Assembly (NCBI GenBank): GCA_964036045.1
Contig: OZ038378.1
Coordinates: forward strand, 200,446,001-200,510,000
DNA length: 64,000 nt
Source: Eutreptiella sp. 'Long Island Sound 2002'
Lineage: Eukaryota > Protista > Euglenida
Reading direction: 5' to 3'
Made by a program: the position numbers and the translations under genes. Positions 13,370 to 26,558 of the stretch are shown here, piece after piece (position 1 is the stretch's first letter; the number at the start of each line of letters is the position of its first letter). Below the pieces are notes generated by a model that worked only from the letters and a program-made list of their open reading frames with translations, was not told the DNA's origin and searched no databases.

Positions 13370-14108
13370 CTCCACGGGCAATGCCGGCATGGCCTCGTCC
13401 GGCGCACAGCCGCCGCCCCGGGCCCCCGCGGCGTGGGCCATGGACTTGTGCTGAAGGCCCGCCAACTCCGTGGGGGCCCAGGGGATGGGCAACAGGGGCC
13501 CCGACTCTGTGGAACGCAGGGGATGTGCCAGGCCCTCGTCCGGCGGGGCTCCGGGGCGTGCCTTCCACACCTCCGCCGCGCACTTGGGGGGGGGGGGGGG
13601 GCTGGGGGCCAGAGGCACAGCAGTCCACAGCCCCCCGACCGCCCCCAATTCGACCAAAATTGACCGTTTTGGCGCCCCTGTGTCGACCAAAATGGGCCGA
13701 GTCAGGGATCCAAGTTTGACCAAAATCAGGCGTCTTGGCGCCCCAACAATGGCGAAAGTCGGCGAAAATCGGCTGTCCTGGGGCCCAAACTGGCCGACTC
13801 GGCGGCCCGAAATTGACCAAAATTGGCCCCCCAGCGGCCGGGCCACGGCTTAACGTTACCGGAGGCGGGGTGGGGGGGGGGGGGGGGTGCAGCCTGGGCT
13901 CCTCCGCCTGACCCACCCACCCACCGACATCAGAAAATCGTTCCCCGGAAAACATTCAAATTCATCAAAGGGGCCCGGATTTGGAGGATTTGGAGGAGAT
14001 TTGAGGTACACAAACTTTCTGTTGGCCTCTGACCCACGCCCCCCCAGTGTAGGGCCTCTCCCCCCGGTGGAGGTGAAATTCGCCCCTGGGCCGTGGCGTG
14101 CACACAGC

Positions 14109-14329
14109 TCACGTCTGCAGTGTACTGCCCCAGAGTGCCCACCCCCCCGCCGACGCTCGCAGGTGCCACAGACGAGCCACCCACGGGCCGTGGGGTGCGG
14201 AGGACGCGGGTTGTGCGTGCGGGCGCTCGCCACCATCGCTGATATCCGGTGTCCGACACAGGGCCAAGGGGCTTGGGATTCCCGTGTGCGACTTGTCAGC
14301 GGCTTCCAGGGCATTGTGCCCTTTGCGGA
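14109..14329 (-). CDS. Orphan gene, possible exon 6 (terminal, or spliced onward)
   Basis: CAACAG|TC acceptor matches phase 1; G/C-ending codons; ends at ACG TGA, but GTGGGT and GTGAGC donors are also present. Confidence 0.35.
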
Positions 14330-14442
14330 CTGTTGAAGGCTGCCCCCCGCCCCCCCCCCTTCCCCTTTCACATCCCCTTCCCCTTTCACATCCGCGCCCC
14401 CCGCGCCCTTCCGCGGGGAGTGAACCGTGAAGGTCACAAGAC

Positions 14443-14755
14443 CTGCGGACGGGGTCATAGTTCCGGAGGATGCCATCATTGAATTTCTGAGGAAGGGGCC
14501 CCCCGTCCTGAGTGTTGGTGGTCGATGCCGAGTGGCCCAGCCCAAGGGCTGCCCACTGTGCGTCCGGTGTCCACTGTGTCCCTCCTCAACAGGGTGCATT
14601 CCAACGGGGGGCGTGTGGCAGATGGCGGGGGATGACGGCAGTGACAGGCCCCCAGGCCTGTATACTGGGGGCGTCACACTGGCACATCTTCTCATGGAGT
14701 TGCTTGGGCTCTTGGTGAACGGGACCGGCCATCGCCACAAATGAGGTAAGGGCCG
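14443..14755 (-). CDS. Orphan gene, possible exon 5 (Pro/Ser-rich, probably disordered)
   Basis: TGCAG| acceptor, mostly G/C-ending codons in this frame, donor GCAG|GTCTTG in phase 1. Confidence 0.4.
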
Positions 14756-15356
14756 CTGCATTCAGAGACCTTTGCGTGTGAACATGCGACACCCCCCAGC
14801 GCCTGCCAATGCGCCCACATCCACGCGGTCTATCACTCCGTGCCCCCACTGTTCCCACTTGGAACAAAGCTCTAGGCCGGGGTCCCACCCCATGCCCCTG
14901 TACACAAGGCAGGCAGGTGCACACCACAAGTGCTCATGCATCGTGCAGCGTGGTGCGGGTGCATGCGGTGCCTCGCCCTGCCCGGCCTGGCATGGGGCTG
15001 GGGTGGGTAAGTGCTCTCTGCCCTTTGGTGGACTGTGCCGTGGCACTGGGGGCGCCAGAAGTGGTCTGGGTGGTGGTGGAAGGAGGTGCGGGTCTTGGTT
15101 GGGGTGCTCGCTTTTTGACCTCTGGGGGTATGGGGTGTGGTGTGCAGTACTGATGGTGCCGGGGGCGTGTGTTGGGGGGATGGTCGAGAGGGGGTGCGGT
15201 GGGGGTAGGCGTGCACGTGCGTGTGTGTGTGTACCCCTGCGATGGGACCACTGTATCCCGGCCGCCCCCCCCCCCCCCCAAGACCCCCATTAGAACACGA
15301 GGCACAGCCATGCCCCGAGGCACAGCCACACCTTCCGGCACAGCCATGCCTTCGAC

Positions 15357-15462
15357 CATGGTGGACGGGGGACGGCCGCGGCCCATCATCTCCTGAAGCG
15401 GCACCGGGGCACCGCCCGTGGGCCTCTCAGTGCGCGGGTCTCTCTTTCGGGGCGCCAGGCTT
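15357..15462 (-). CDS. Orphan gene, probable exon 4 (donor position uncertain)
   Basis: Acceptor CTCTGCAG|A matches phase 2; encodes SLAPRKRDPRTERPTGG...; several GT donors are possible, and 15357 was chosen for phase 0. Confidence 0.5.
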
Positions 15463-15760
15463 CTGCAGAGGGACACGCCATGGCCCAGAGTGTCCGCATG
15501 GGCACGCCCCAACGGCCCCTGGCAATCTCGCCTCACCCCAAAGGGGTACACCATGAAACGGGGGGCAGAGCACGCCCTTCATGAGGGCACCTACACTACA
15601 CACCACGGCACGTGCGGCAGTCCATTGACGCGCGCGACCCAAACCCTTTGATTTGAGGAGCCCCTGATCAGCCCACAAAGTGCCCAAAAATATCCGCTTA
15701 ACGTCCCCAAACATCCAACTGCTGCCTGCAGCGGCGGCAGATCGCTGCCTGTAAACCGTA

Positions 15761-16041
15761 TGTGGGGGGGGGGGGGGGGGGAGATGTCATGTCAAGTCAA
15801 ATTCGGGGTGGCAAATGTCGCTGTGGGAAATTTCGCGGAAGCCCCCGGATTTCATGTGGTACATTTCGGGAACACTTGTGGAGATGCTATGGTGTGTAGG
15901 GCCTGGTAGGCGTGGTGGAGTTTAGCCACAGGGGCCACTCGCGGAGGGCCCTGGATTTCGTGTGCGGGATATCGCGGCCAAGTTGAAACGCGAAATTTCC
16001 CATGCGAAATTGACTGCCCCGGAAATCCCCCCCCCCGCCCG
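15761..16041. mobile_element. Degenerate TA-flanked MITE with G-run/C-run ends
   Basis: TA|TGTG(n)...GAAATC(n)GCCCG|TA; shares GAAATTTC subterminal motifs with the 18625 and 38860 elements. Confidence 0.45.
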
Positions 16042-18185
16042 TAGTGTCAGGATTGGTGAGGGCAGACGGGGTGGGTGTCATGCTTCGAGGAGCGTGACGA
16101 TAGGGCGGCCGCAGGCGGGAGTTCGGCACTTAGTGGATGCGAAGCGGTTCACTTTTTGGCATTTCTTGAGCCGAACCCGTGGGGACGGGCGCCAACGCGT
16201 TTGACACGGTCGGCGCGCGACGACGGTGACACACTCCCCAAAACTGCGACCACCAACGGCCCATTGACCCCGCCGCACGCGCCCCTCCGAGACATGCAGA
16301 GGGCCTGAATCGGGGGCACACAGGCCCCGTGTGTCTTAGACCGCCCATGTCCAGTGCCCACCCCTCACACGGGGGTATCGAGGCACACCCTGATGCCACT
16401 CAATTTTAAAGTCATTCTATCCACCCGACTTAACGTTTGATATTCTTTATAAAGGAGTGGTGTCCCACATTCCCTTTCTTGATGTGATGTTTGTTACTTG
16501 TCACGCTCCACCCCTTGAGAACTAGTGTTTTTTGGAAGCCAACCCACTCCACCTGTATGCCAAGGAATGTGAAAGAAGGGTGGGTGGTGGGATAGTGTAT
16601 TCGCTCTTTGAGATTAAGCTCCCACAAACAATATTATATGCTCTCTTGGGAACGGTTGAGGGGGGCACTCATTCGCTGGGGGCTACCCTCCCCTCCATAA
16701 CGTCCAAACCAAAAATCCCTTGGGAGGACAAATTGAAGTACATGAAACCTGAAATCAAATCCACCAAACGGAGCCGCATTCATGCTTTTCGTGTGCCGCA
16801 CCATGGTGCGGTGCCTATCTGTTTTTCTAGAGTTGTGTGTGGCTTTTCGAACAACATTCCCTTTCTGCCGGATACTAAATTGTTTGCCACATTGCAGCCC
16901 TTACCGAATTCAGGAAGACTTTTCCATGGGTGGCGCATGTGCTCTCTTCGGAAGTGCAGATGATTGCGATTCTCTGCTTGTCTATTTTTTGCTGCCGCTT
17001 GGTGTTGATTTGATTTGGTAGATTACTTTGGTTTCACCAATTGTGTATGGTATGGAACAATGTGTCCCTTTGTGTACTTCACAGCTGAGGAGGGATGATT
17101 TGCCCGAAAATGTCCGAATAATTTGGGTTTGATTTGATTGTGGCGCCGTGCTTCCTTGCTTGAGTACCCAATAGAGATCCTGGAGGTTCCCCAAGAACGA
17201 AAAGTTTGCAGGAGGTGAAACCAATTTGTGGTCAAAAACATTTAGTGAAGCAAAACAACTGAAAATGCACACAGACCGAGTGCACTGGCCCACACCCACA
17301 CATCGGGGCCACATTGCGTCCGATCAAACACCTTCCGCAACATCCGCCCCCCATAGAACGACGATGGTCCTCCCCCTCCAGCATCCCTTCGGCATCTACA
17401 ACGGTACTTCATGTATCAATGCAGCGAAGCATGGCCCAAAGGCACGGCCCTGACCTGAAACCCAATCAGTGGAGGCGCCTTTCGGGACATCGTGAACCAT
17501 TTGTGGCGGCGCCTGACGGCCCCCTGTGCACGTGCACGCACCACATGTATCCTCCGCCTCTTGGTGTGCTGTGTGTCGTGGGTAAAGGAACAAATTTCAC
17601 GATTCAACCGATGAAAGCCTGGTCAAACTCAAAAAGACACGCCGTGCCTTAGCCCCCCCCTCCCCCAACGTTGGGGGAGGGGGGAGTTGGCACAATGGTG
17701 TTACTTCGTCTGCCTTTGGCGGCGCCTATTGGCCTCTCGCCACTGCATATTCCGACCCTCTGTGGGTCCGAACGTGGTTTGGTTGTGTGAACAGAGCCCC
17801 TGGATGACTTGTCCTGTTCCAGTTCTCTGGGGTCGGCTGTCCCAGAGACGGGTTGTTGCCCGTACCGTTGACCAGGTGCATCCAGATGCACACTCCGAGT
17901 CCATGCCGGGCTTGCCAACTCCAGCACTGACCTGCGCGCACTGGTGTGCGCATCTGCAGGATCATTGTCCTGCCAGGGGCTTCTAACAACGCGGGGGGCG
18001 GGGGGGGGTTTGGGTACCTCCGATCACACTCCAACAACAAAAAAATGGGACAAGCGCCGGGTGTCCTAGGCACACTGCGCCGGGCTGCAGACCATCGCAC
18101 CCGGTGTACCCAGGGGCAGCGGGGGGCATTCCTTCTTCAGCACCGAGCCCCCCACTGCGCGTCATGACGGCGATGCAGCCCGTAC

Positions 18186-18331
18186 CTCGACATCTTGTCG
18201 ATCTTGCGTTGGTACGTCGATCGGAGGTGCTCCATCTGCCGTTCGTGGGACGCGTTGAGCTTCTCGATCTTACTGTTGATCACGAGCAGATTGTGTTCCA
18301 GTTGACGGTTTTCCCGTGCGAGACGGGCAGC
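18186..18331 (-). CDS. Orphan coiled-coil gene, exon 3
   Basis: CCTCAG|GCT...TCG AG|GTACGG; encodes the heptad-like AARLARENRQLEHNLLVINSKIEKLNASHERQMEHLRSTYQRKIDKMS. Confidence 0.8.
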
Positions 18332-18624
18332 CTGAGGATGCGCAAAGGGGACCAGGTCCTCAATGCCGAAAAACCTCGTCGACGTGCAAAACGCGCACAC
18401 CGCCAAAGGAGGAGTGCACGGCGGTTGGCGGTTAACGACCCGTGGGTCGCTGCCGGCCCCGAGGGCTGTCCTTCAGGGGCGGGTCTTACTTGAAGTAAAC
18501 CACAAACCGCCGTTCTTCAAGGACAACCCCCCGCTGAAGGAGGGTGACATCGGGGCTGCGCGGGGGCGCTGTCACATGCGCCCTTATCATTGCGGGTCGT
18601 GCGGTGTTGAGTAACAATGGTGTA

Positions 18625-19347
18625 CAGGGGGGGGGGGGGAAGTTTGCCAGGGGACAATTTCGACAGGGGGAAAATTTCCCCACCTCTAGGAATCCTGAGG
18701 CTTGTTGTCATATACTAGTGGGCTCTGGATGATCCCTGTTATTTCTTGGTGGGCTCTGGATGGTTCCTGATATTTCCTGGTGGGCTCTGGATGGTTCCTA
18801 TTATTTCCTGGTGGGCTCTGGATGTTTCCTGGTATTTCCTGGTGGGCTCTGGATGGATCACCGGCATGAAGATCGCACAACAATGACAAACACTTTCCTG
18901 TCACACCACAGGGTTGCTAAGGCACTGTACCAAAGACACAGCTGGAAATTGCATGTCCCAGTGGCTATTGCACGGGCAGGAGATTGGGCAGGAGATTGAT
19001 ATATCGCTGGACAGGCAGCACCGACATCAGTACAACTATGAACATGCCTTACCCAGCCGCTTCTTGCGATGGCGCATAAAATCTGCTGCCCCAGATCTGG
19101 TAATTGCAGGCGCAGCAGGGCGAGTCTTCCGCTTTTTTAAAGCATCCAGGATTCTCAATGCATGACCATCCAAAACACCACACTTTTCAAGTGCTCTCTG
19201 CTTGGTACACCGCTGCGCATGCCTGAATTCACAGTACTCACCTGTCACACGCTGCAAAAGTTTCGCCAGGGGGAAAATTTCGCCACTTTTCTTAACGGCG
19301 AAATTTTCCCCGCGAAATCCTCCCCTCCCGAAATCCCCCCCCCCCTG
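18625..19347. mobile_element. Tc1/mariner-like MITE (TA|CAGGGG...CCCCTG|TA)
   Basis: TA on both sides, CAG-G(n) and C(n)-CTG termini, GAAAATTTC subterminal repeats. Confidence 0.8.
18718..18858. repeat. 30-bp tandem minisatellite (about 4.5 copies) inside the MITE
   Basis: Unit is approximately TATTTCCTGGTGGGCTCTGGATGGTTCCTG. Confidence 0.9.
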
Positions 19348-20673
19348 TAGGGGATGGGGCCAAAACGATGCCGCAGAGCCCCGAATGATGCGCCTTCCCG
19401 AAGGGCGTGGCAACGCACCGCAACGCACGCCAGCCCGCACCGGCACTGGCCCCGGCGGATCTGCGGGTTGGGGGGTCCCGCCGACCGGGATTCGAGGCCC
19501 GCAACACCCCCTGCCCTCGTGTCAGTGGCCAAACGGAAGGGCCGGGACCAGGGATGTATCAGAAGGGAGGGGGGTCTGAAAAGGGGGATGGGGGGTCGGC
19601 AGGGACCCCCTCCTCCTAGGTTCCCTATATGGTCCCCGCCGAAGGCTGGCCAAAATTGTTTAAGGTTAAATCCTCTTGGCACCGAAGCAACATTTTGGCT
19701 GTCAGCCTCAAACATTGGAACGGGGGCGGTCCAGAGGGGGGTACCCCCCCCTCCTCCTCCGGTGTACGGCCGTTCTAATACATCACTGGCTGGGACTCTC
19801 CCAAGCTTCAAACAACGCAAAACACGTGTCCCGCCCCGTGACGTGTGGGGCACCAGGACGTCCACCGCTGCCATCCAACACCATCCATCGGGCGGTCCCG
19901 AGACATCACTGGACCGGGCGGCGGTCTTTTCCACCGGCAAGCCCACGGAGGCCCATCAAAAAGCCGGTCTTGGGCCCTGTGGTTTGACGTCACGCCCCCA
20001 ATAATGCGTCAAAGGGAGGAGACATGACGGGACTGTGCCCCGGGAGATATAGCGGAGCGGGGCTCGCACCGGAAGAAAGGGTTTGGGCCTCTGTGAGGAC
20101 TGCGTGAGCGCACTGGGGGCAGGCATTTGCTTAGTGTAGGTTCGACCCCCCCCCCCCCCCGCCCCCCGTGCGGGGTGGGGGGGTTTCGGAAAGTGGGTGG
20201 TGGGTGCCTCTTTCAACTGGACCCCCCATCCAAGCCCCCCCCCCACCCCTGGGAGGTGCTAGGCCAAATGGTGCCAGCCTCACTCAGAGTGGGCGCATGC
20301 CTTTTCCACTTCACCCCCCCCCTCTGGCTAAGAAAAGGCTTGACCAGGGGTCGACCCAGGCCCTTCCCCTGCAGCATCCCCCTGCTCAACCCTGCAACCC
20401 CCACCCCCTACAAACGCCGCAGGGCCCTTCTCCCACCGCCGAGCGTGTGAGATGAACCGGATATGGGCCCATCATCATTGGGTTGACGGGCAGTAGATAC
20501 ACAGTCTTGGGCGGTGGGCTGCCCCACGCCGCCCCCGCCCGAGTGGGACGATGCTGGGCCGCATGGAGGGATGGCGGGGGCGGAGAGGGACAAAGCCGCG
20601 CTTGCGGAACAGGGCCGCCGGTCCGAAGTGCGTGCCCCACGTCAAGACCGCGGGTCAGGCAGGCAATGCAGAC

Positions 20674-20740
20674 CTCCATCCTCAACTCTTGTTTGGCGAG
20701 GTTCTTCTGCTTCATCACCACATGCTTCTGCTCGTACAAT
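20674..20740 (-). CDS. Orphan coiled-coil gene, exon 2
   Basis: TTGCAG|A TTG TAC GAG...ATG GAG|GTCTGC; encodes LYEQKHVVMKQKNLAKQELRME; phases 2 and 0 match both neighbours. Confidence 0.75.
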
Positions 20741-21030
20741 CTGCAACGACGTGCCACAGGCCGAGGGCTGTGGAAGGGGTCCAAACTCGTGTGCAGTCCC
20801 ATACGGCGGGCCAGCCCGCACAACGGCGCACTACAAAGGCCCCCCCCAAAGTTGTACAAAACAGCGCTGTATCACACCACTCAGACTTTAAGTGGTATTC
20901 TCCCTCAGAAAAAAAGCTGTCCCAAAAAAAGAACCCAGGCTGTGGTTGGCACATGGGTGTCATACCAAAGGAAATGGCAGAAACTGTCTGAGACAGAGAG
21001 GCCAAAGGGCCTCGCCTTGAAAGAAATAGA

Positions 21031-21344
21031 GGGGGCGTTTCTGCACAGCGCCCAATTGTAAGTAAGCTTTCCCATGACCCCCATGAAAACGATCCACCAC
21101 CGGGGGGGCTACGTCCACAAGGCAAAAACAGCATATTTGGACAGCAATCCGGCATTTTTAGTGGGGAATATAGTTTGTTTTAACTGATTATCTGAGTTTT
21201 TGGACTCAGTAAGATCTGAGCAGTCCTGCATCTGGCACACAGTAGTCACTGTGTCACCTTAGCCATCGGGGGGAAATGGGTCCAAAATCGCCTACTTTTT
21301 GCACAGCGCGGGCACAGCGCGGACACAGCGCACAGTGCGCCCCC
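21031..21344. mobile_element. PIF/Harbinger-type MITE, same family as 3813-4116
   Basis: GGGGGCG...CGCCCCC termini, 3-bp TSD AGA, GCACAGC repeats. Confidence 0.8.
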
Positions 21345-23145
21345 AGAGCAGGGTATTTGTGTGTGGCGGTCCCGAAGCAAGTTGGGTGCTTGCAAAGAAA
21401 AGGGGTGCGCACCCACCAAACTGTAAGAGGGGGCCCATCATACAGCGACGGCTGTCAGCCTGTCAAAGAAAACAGCATGGGGTACAGCACGATGCTCTGG
21501 CAAGTGTTCGCGAGCGAATGCACACTGTTGATCACCTCCTCCCAAACCAGCTCCAGCCTGAAACCAAAGCCAATGTACTCAAGCCATGACATGCCGAGGG
21601 GGGGCCAACATGCAGATGTAAGGTGGTGGGCTGGTGGCCTCCAGGAGGGCGAATCACACCACCCATGTCAGCAGTGAAGCGCATGAGCACTGGCAGGGGA
21701 GTGAACACCATCAGGGCAGAAGTTGCAACAATGAGCAGTGGGACAGGCATTCCTCTCACCCGGAACATTGCGTCCCCCCGCCATGGTGAAAGGCAGGCGA
21801 ACCCGGCCTCTCCTACGGGCTCTCCCACAGGGTGCCATTGTCCTCTCGCAGAGTGACCAAAGTGCAGTCGGCCACCACATATCACACCCGTGATGCTCGG
21901 ACCCCCGTGGCTGGGATCAAACTTCACACACGGAGCCTGCCAGTCCACAGGCTGGCCAACAACCGTCAACGCTCGGACTTGAACCCCTCGGGAGTCCGCC
22001 ACAGCCCCAACCATCCCAGCGAGATCCCCAGCCAAGGCCCTGTTAGACACCAGGAGCACCCCCCCCCCCTGGTATGGGCAGTCGTCACAAAGATGGTAAG
22101 TTGTAGCAAAATGATTGGAAATTCAGTTTCAAATGCCATACATACACACATTGATATGTGTTATTGGCTTGTACAAACCATTTCTTTCAGGCATGGCTTG
22201 TAGCCCAGGACGGGGGACGTGACAGGATTGTCATAAGATGGCATGTTGCACGTACATTAATTGGGTGCCTTGTTGGAGCTTCGCATTGTCTTTATTTGCA
22301 AGCAGCATGCCAGCAATAGATCATGCTTGACCCGCTGTGGGTCATTACATTGGGTCATTACATTGAATGCTTTGTACGTATAATCATATCCATTGTGATT
22401 TTCATGTGATTCATACATGAGTTGAGCATTTTTGAACATTCCAATGTATTTGAACACATATTGAAGCTATTTGGCCAACACCCAACTCAACTGAGTTTTG
22501 AGAAGAAAAAGGCTTGTTTCAATTCAGTCTTGAGAAATATAGATTAATAGAAAAAAACCCAGGATATGGCAAAATTGAGTACAGCTTCTTTTACTCAGTT
22601 TCAAAACTGAGTGAAAGGAGTTTTTTTTTTTGGAAAAAATTAACTCAGTTTTACTGCAGACCCGCTATTGCCACTGGCAGCTTCTGCAAGAACGGGGGGT
22701 AGCTGTGCATCTGGATGACAAAGCCCAGGTCGTCCGCCAGATCACTAGGATCCACCCAGACAATGTGGCATGTTGGGTCCACTCAGCGTTGCCACAGTGA
22801 AGCGCCGAGGCCTGTGGCAGCACCCCCTCTCGGAACACTTCCAGCACGTCCAGCGTAAGAGCTGGCTTCTCGAGGCAGGAGAGGGACAGAGACAATAGGG
22901 CATGCGGCAGAGGGCTAGGAGGGTATAAGGGCAAGGGATCACAGGGGCAGGGGTGGCACAGGGTCGATGGGGCACAGGGACAGGGGGCATAGAGGCAAAG
23001 GAAAACAAGATCCAGGGCTGCGATACCGCCCCATACCCCACCACCCATCGTTTCTGGGGTGCCTGCTGTGAGCCATGAACACCAGAGACCCAACATAAAA
23101 CATGGCAACCCCACTTCGCTGGCAGGCAGACATTAGGGAAGGTAC

Positions 23146-23339
23146 TTGTCTTTCTCATGCCGCGCCTCATGCTCCAACAACGCCAAGAAGTCCGCATCCT
23201 CTTGCAATCCGGAGGTCTTCAAATCAACTCTGTACTGCTTGTTCCGCCGGTGGTTGACGCATTGCACGGCGGTGCCAAACATGATACGGCTAGCGTGGCA
23301 GGCGACCTCCCCACTGTCCTGTGGGGACATGGATGCCAT
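23146..23339 (-). CDS. Orphan coiled-coil protein gene, exon 1
   Basis: MASMSPQD...LLEHEARHEKD; donor AA|GTACCT (phase 2) joins in frame to the exon at 20740. Confidence 0.7.
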
Positions 23340-23346
23340 GTGTGCA

Positions 23347-23365
23347 CTGCTGCAGGGTAGACTGA
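23347..23365 (-). promoter_or_regulatory. NAGNAG acceptor-like site 7-10 nt upstream of the orphan-gene ATG
   Basis: Minus strand reads CTACCCTGCAG|CAG|TGCACAC-ATG. Confidence 0.45.
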
Positions 23366-26099
23366 TTGCCCAACGTAACTGGAAACGATTGTCCGGGGAC
23401 TCAGGAGTGTTGCTGGCAGCAATTTCTGCGGTGATTGTGCTGCAGAACTCCTGGTAACCCTGTTACCTGCATCACCAAAGGCCGAGAGCCTCCTAAACAG
23501 GGTACTGTCCATGATGAACAAGAGCACAACAACAAGAATGCCAAGTTTGTGTGGGATTTGTGCAGGGGCACATTGCAATCTTGCTGAATCCATTTCGTTG
23601 AGCACACTTTGGCGCCAAACGTGCAACGCCAAATGTTCAATCTCAGAATCCTCCACCCCTTCCACCCCCCTGTTGGGTCTGTTTGGTACCTGTGGGGGGC
23701 TCACCCTTTGCGGGGGGGGAGTTCGCCCATTGGGGGGTTGTGTACCCTCCGTCATGGGGGCTTTATCACCCCTTTGACAGGGTGTGGGGGTTGAGCCCAA
23801 GGCTTGTCACCCCTCCAACGTGAGGACCCCAACACAGTAGGGGAGATCTACAGTGAGGATCCCAGGATTGCGGGGGATATGCAGCCACGATCCACCCTCC
23901 ATTTTGGGTGTGACCCTGATATGGCAGAGGGTATGCCACCACAACCTACCCCCCTTTGGGGTGCACCCAACAGCATGGGCCACACACAAACCCGTATACA
24001 GTCACAATCTACACTCATTTTACCCAAAGCTATTTAGACAAGTGCATTTGTGAGTTGAACAAGGGCCGTGCCCAGCAGTCCATGAAAGTTGCAGGGCTAT
24101 CAAGTCTACACGTTCAACACTGAGAGTGCACTGGAAGCTGATACACCCTGCCGCCTGCGCAACGACCACCTTGCTACCACCTATGGTTACACGGCGCTTT
24201 TTCTGATACAACCCCGCAGCCCTGCTGCACAACCACTGACATGCGCTTCTGCCGGTTGTTGTTTGGGATTGCACATTATATGAGGTACGGTTTGTAAAGG
24301 TGACCCCGAGGTCCCCCTGTACAAGAGGCAAGGGGGGATTGCAAGTGCACACACCAAGCGCTCCCACGCTTTTGAAGGCACGTAGGCTTCGTCGAATGCT
24401 TGCTGGTACCTGCGACGCTGACGACTCTCCCGATGTATGGACATGTGAAACTGCCCCTCTGAGGAGGAATCCCAAGAGTGCTCACTGGTCGTTTCAGTAT
24501 TCTCACACAGTTGTGTGGGGTCCATGATGTCAACAACAAAAGCTGTCGTAAGTGTGCAGAGGGGCCGCAAAACGCATGCTGCTGCCACAGTTAAAGTGAA
24601 ACCAGAGGCTTGCACAAGTCAAAGGAAGCAAAGCATTGTGGCGTTGTGCAATTGGACTTACTCTGTCGCCCAGCACCAGGGGACCTCCCTGCTTCCACTC
24701 CTCGCTCATTTATGGTCGAAACTTCCCTAATTTTTGTTGTTTGGATCCAATTGGCTCACGATGTGCATGCTCAGTTCGCAATGGGTGTCATCCCTGCACT
24801 GCAGTGACCCAGGTAAGCAGCCAGGTAGCAGCTACCTGCTGCATCCGACTGTGTTCCCTGTATTGCACTCTCTTTGTGGACACAAACCTTTTCCTGTGCA
24901 GTGATTGACATCCTTGCAGGGCTGTATTCTAGAGAAGGATAAAGTTCTTGCCACTGACAATCTGACAATCTGACAATCTGACACACAGTACGAGTGCAAA
25001 CGCAGGCTGTTGTTCCAATGGAACTAGCCCAAACTTGTGCTCCTTGCAAGAAAAGGGGGGGGACAGGGAGCTCTTGTCCTCCTTACAAGGATGTGGGCGG
25101 GGCGGTCTGATGGTCTCTGTTTGTTGTGGTGGCACAGGGTGTCCCTCATATGGTGGTGTACAGGGGAGTGGTAATGATGTGGACGCTAAAATCCAATGTG
25201 GCATCCCCCATGATATCTGGCACCTAGGGGTATTCTACACGAGACTTTTGGGCCTGGTATGTCCAATTTCCTGCATTTTGGTCCCTGCCAGGGGGGTCCC
25301 TGCCCAGGGGATCAATGGACTGGACGCCAAACCCTGACACGTACAACCCTGAAACAGTAAATTGGCTGAAGAAGGTGAAAATTAGTTGTTGTTGTTCTTT
25401 TTGAATCAGTGCAGCGCAATGAGGGAACCCAGAACAGTCCTCATTTGCCTGTTACCTGGTGAAAACATTTTCAACCATTTTTGGCCACCAAAAAAAAAGG
25501 TCAGTGCCTTTGGCGCCGGAGTTTATAGTGACTAACCCCTGGCCCAACCCCCCACATCCACCCTATGGGGGGATTCTACCCCTGTGTGACATTCCATTGG
25601 GTTGTTGTTTCTTTACGCGGCAGTGGACAGTCACCCATTCTTCCCTTTGTGTGCGTGCTGCCCCGGGTTGCTGCGTTCTGACGGCTGCTGCAGCCTGTGT
25701 TCCTGCTGGTCTCGTTTTCGCGGAGCCCAGTAACGGCCGTATAGGGGGTTGTGCTGGTTGTTGCAGGGGTCATTTCTCGGCCTTTGCTGCCCACTCCCTC
25801 CGCGTTGTGATCATCCACCACCTGCCTCGCTGTGTTTCTGCAGGCATATGGTCTGATGGGTTGCTTTTTCTTCACGGGGCACCCGTTCTTCCCTGCGTGT
25901 GCTGTGTCGGGTCGCTGTATTCTGACGGCCGCTGCGGTTTGTGTTCCCGCTAGTGTCCTTTCCGTGTCAGCAGAGCCCAGTACTTGGCAAACCGGGGTAG
26001 GGGTGGTCGGTGTGGTGGTCGTTTGTATGTCAGCGAATGGTCGAATCCTAGTTTTGGCCCCTTTCCACAAGTTTTTTGTTCCATGCCGGGGTTTTTGTT

Positions 26100-26558
26100 T
26101 AGCTTCCTTTCAATTGTGAAGTAGGTGCTCATGATGGCGCCTATAAGGGCCGCTTGCACACTGCCCTACCCTATATTGAGCAGGCAACTTTGAGTGAAGC
26201 CCAACAAGAATATAACGATATCCATGGCTTCTATCGCGCAAGAGTGGGGCACCCCTTTGCACGCTTGTGGCAATGGAGGATTGTCCGCATTTCGGCAGTG
26301 GAGCTGCATGGTCATGTGTGTATTCACTCCACCTTACTCAATTTTGTATTCGTAGGGAGACTAGGTATCAGTCCTATGGACCTTGGCGTCATGTGCCTGA
26401 GTCTGTGTGGGCACACGAGTAGGGTACCATTGAGGAGGACGAAAATAATGATGGTGTTTGTTCCCAATCGTCCTGGTGATATATCTGTGTGTGGCACTGT
26501 CCACTTGAACATGGGTGCATCTTGCATGCCACTGCATAGTTGTACCTTACAAGACTGA
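26100..26558 (+). pseudogene. PIF/Harbinger-like (DDE_Tnp_4-type) transposase relic, C-terminal part
   Basis: EVGAHDGAY...LSEAQQEYNDIHGFYRARV; after a frameshift LHLTQFCIRR..YGPW; homologous to 55994-56428. Confidence 0.75.

Noticed and set aside
13645-13830. Mini-CRISPR reading of the 33-bp periodic motif
   Set aside because: The repeat is only about 10 bp and degenerate, far shorter than CRISPR repeats.
12768-13955. 395-aa ORF
   Set aside because: It crosses G/C homopolymers, a CA microsatellite and repeat fragments, and has no recognisable domain.
16400-17300. Possible reverse-transcriptase relic (FTFLG motif)
   Set aside because: One short motif only; no convincing xDD or QG motif in register.
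24187-24615. Protein-like 142-aa minus-strand ORF upstream of the orphan gene
   Set aside because: No convincing splice link to exon 1 and no recognisable domain; left unassigned.
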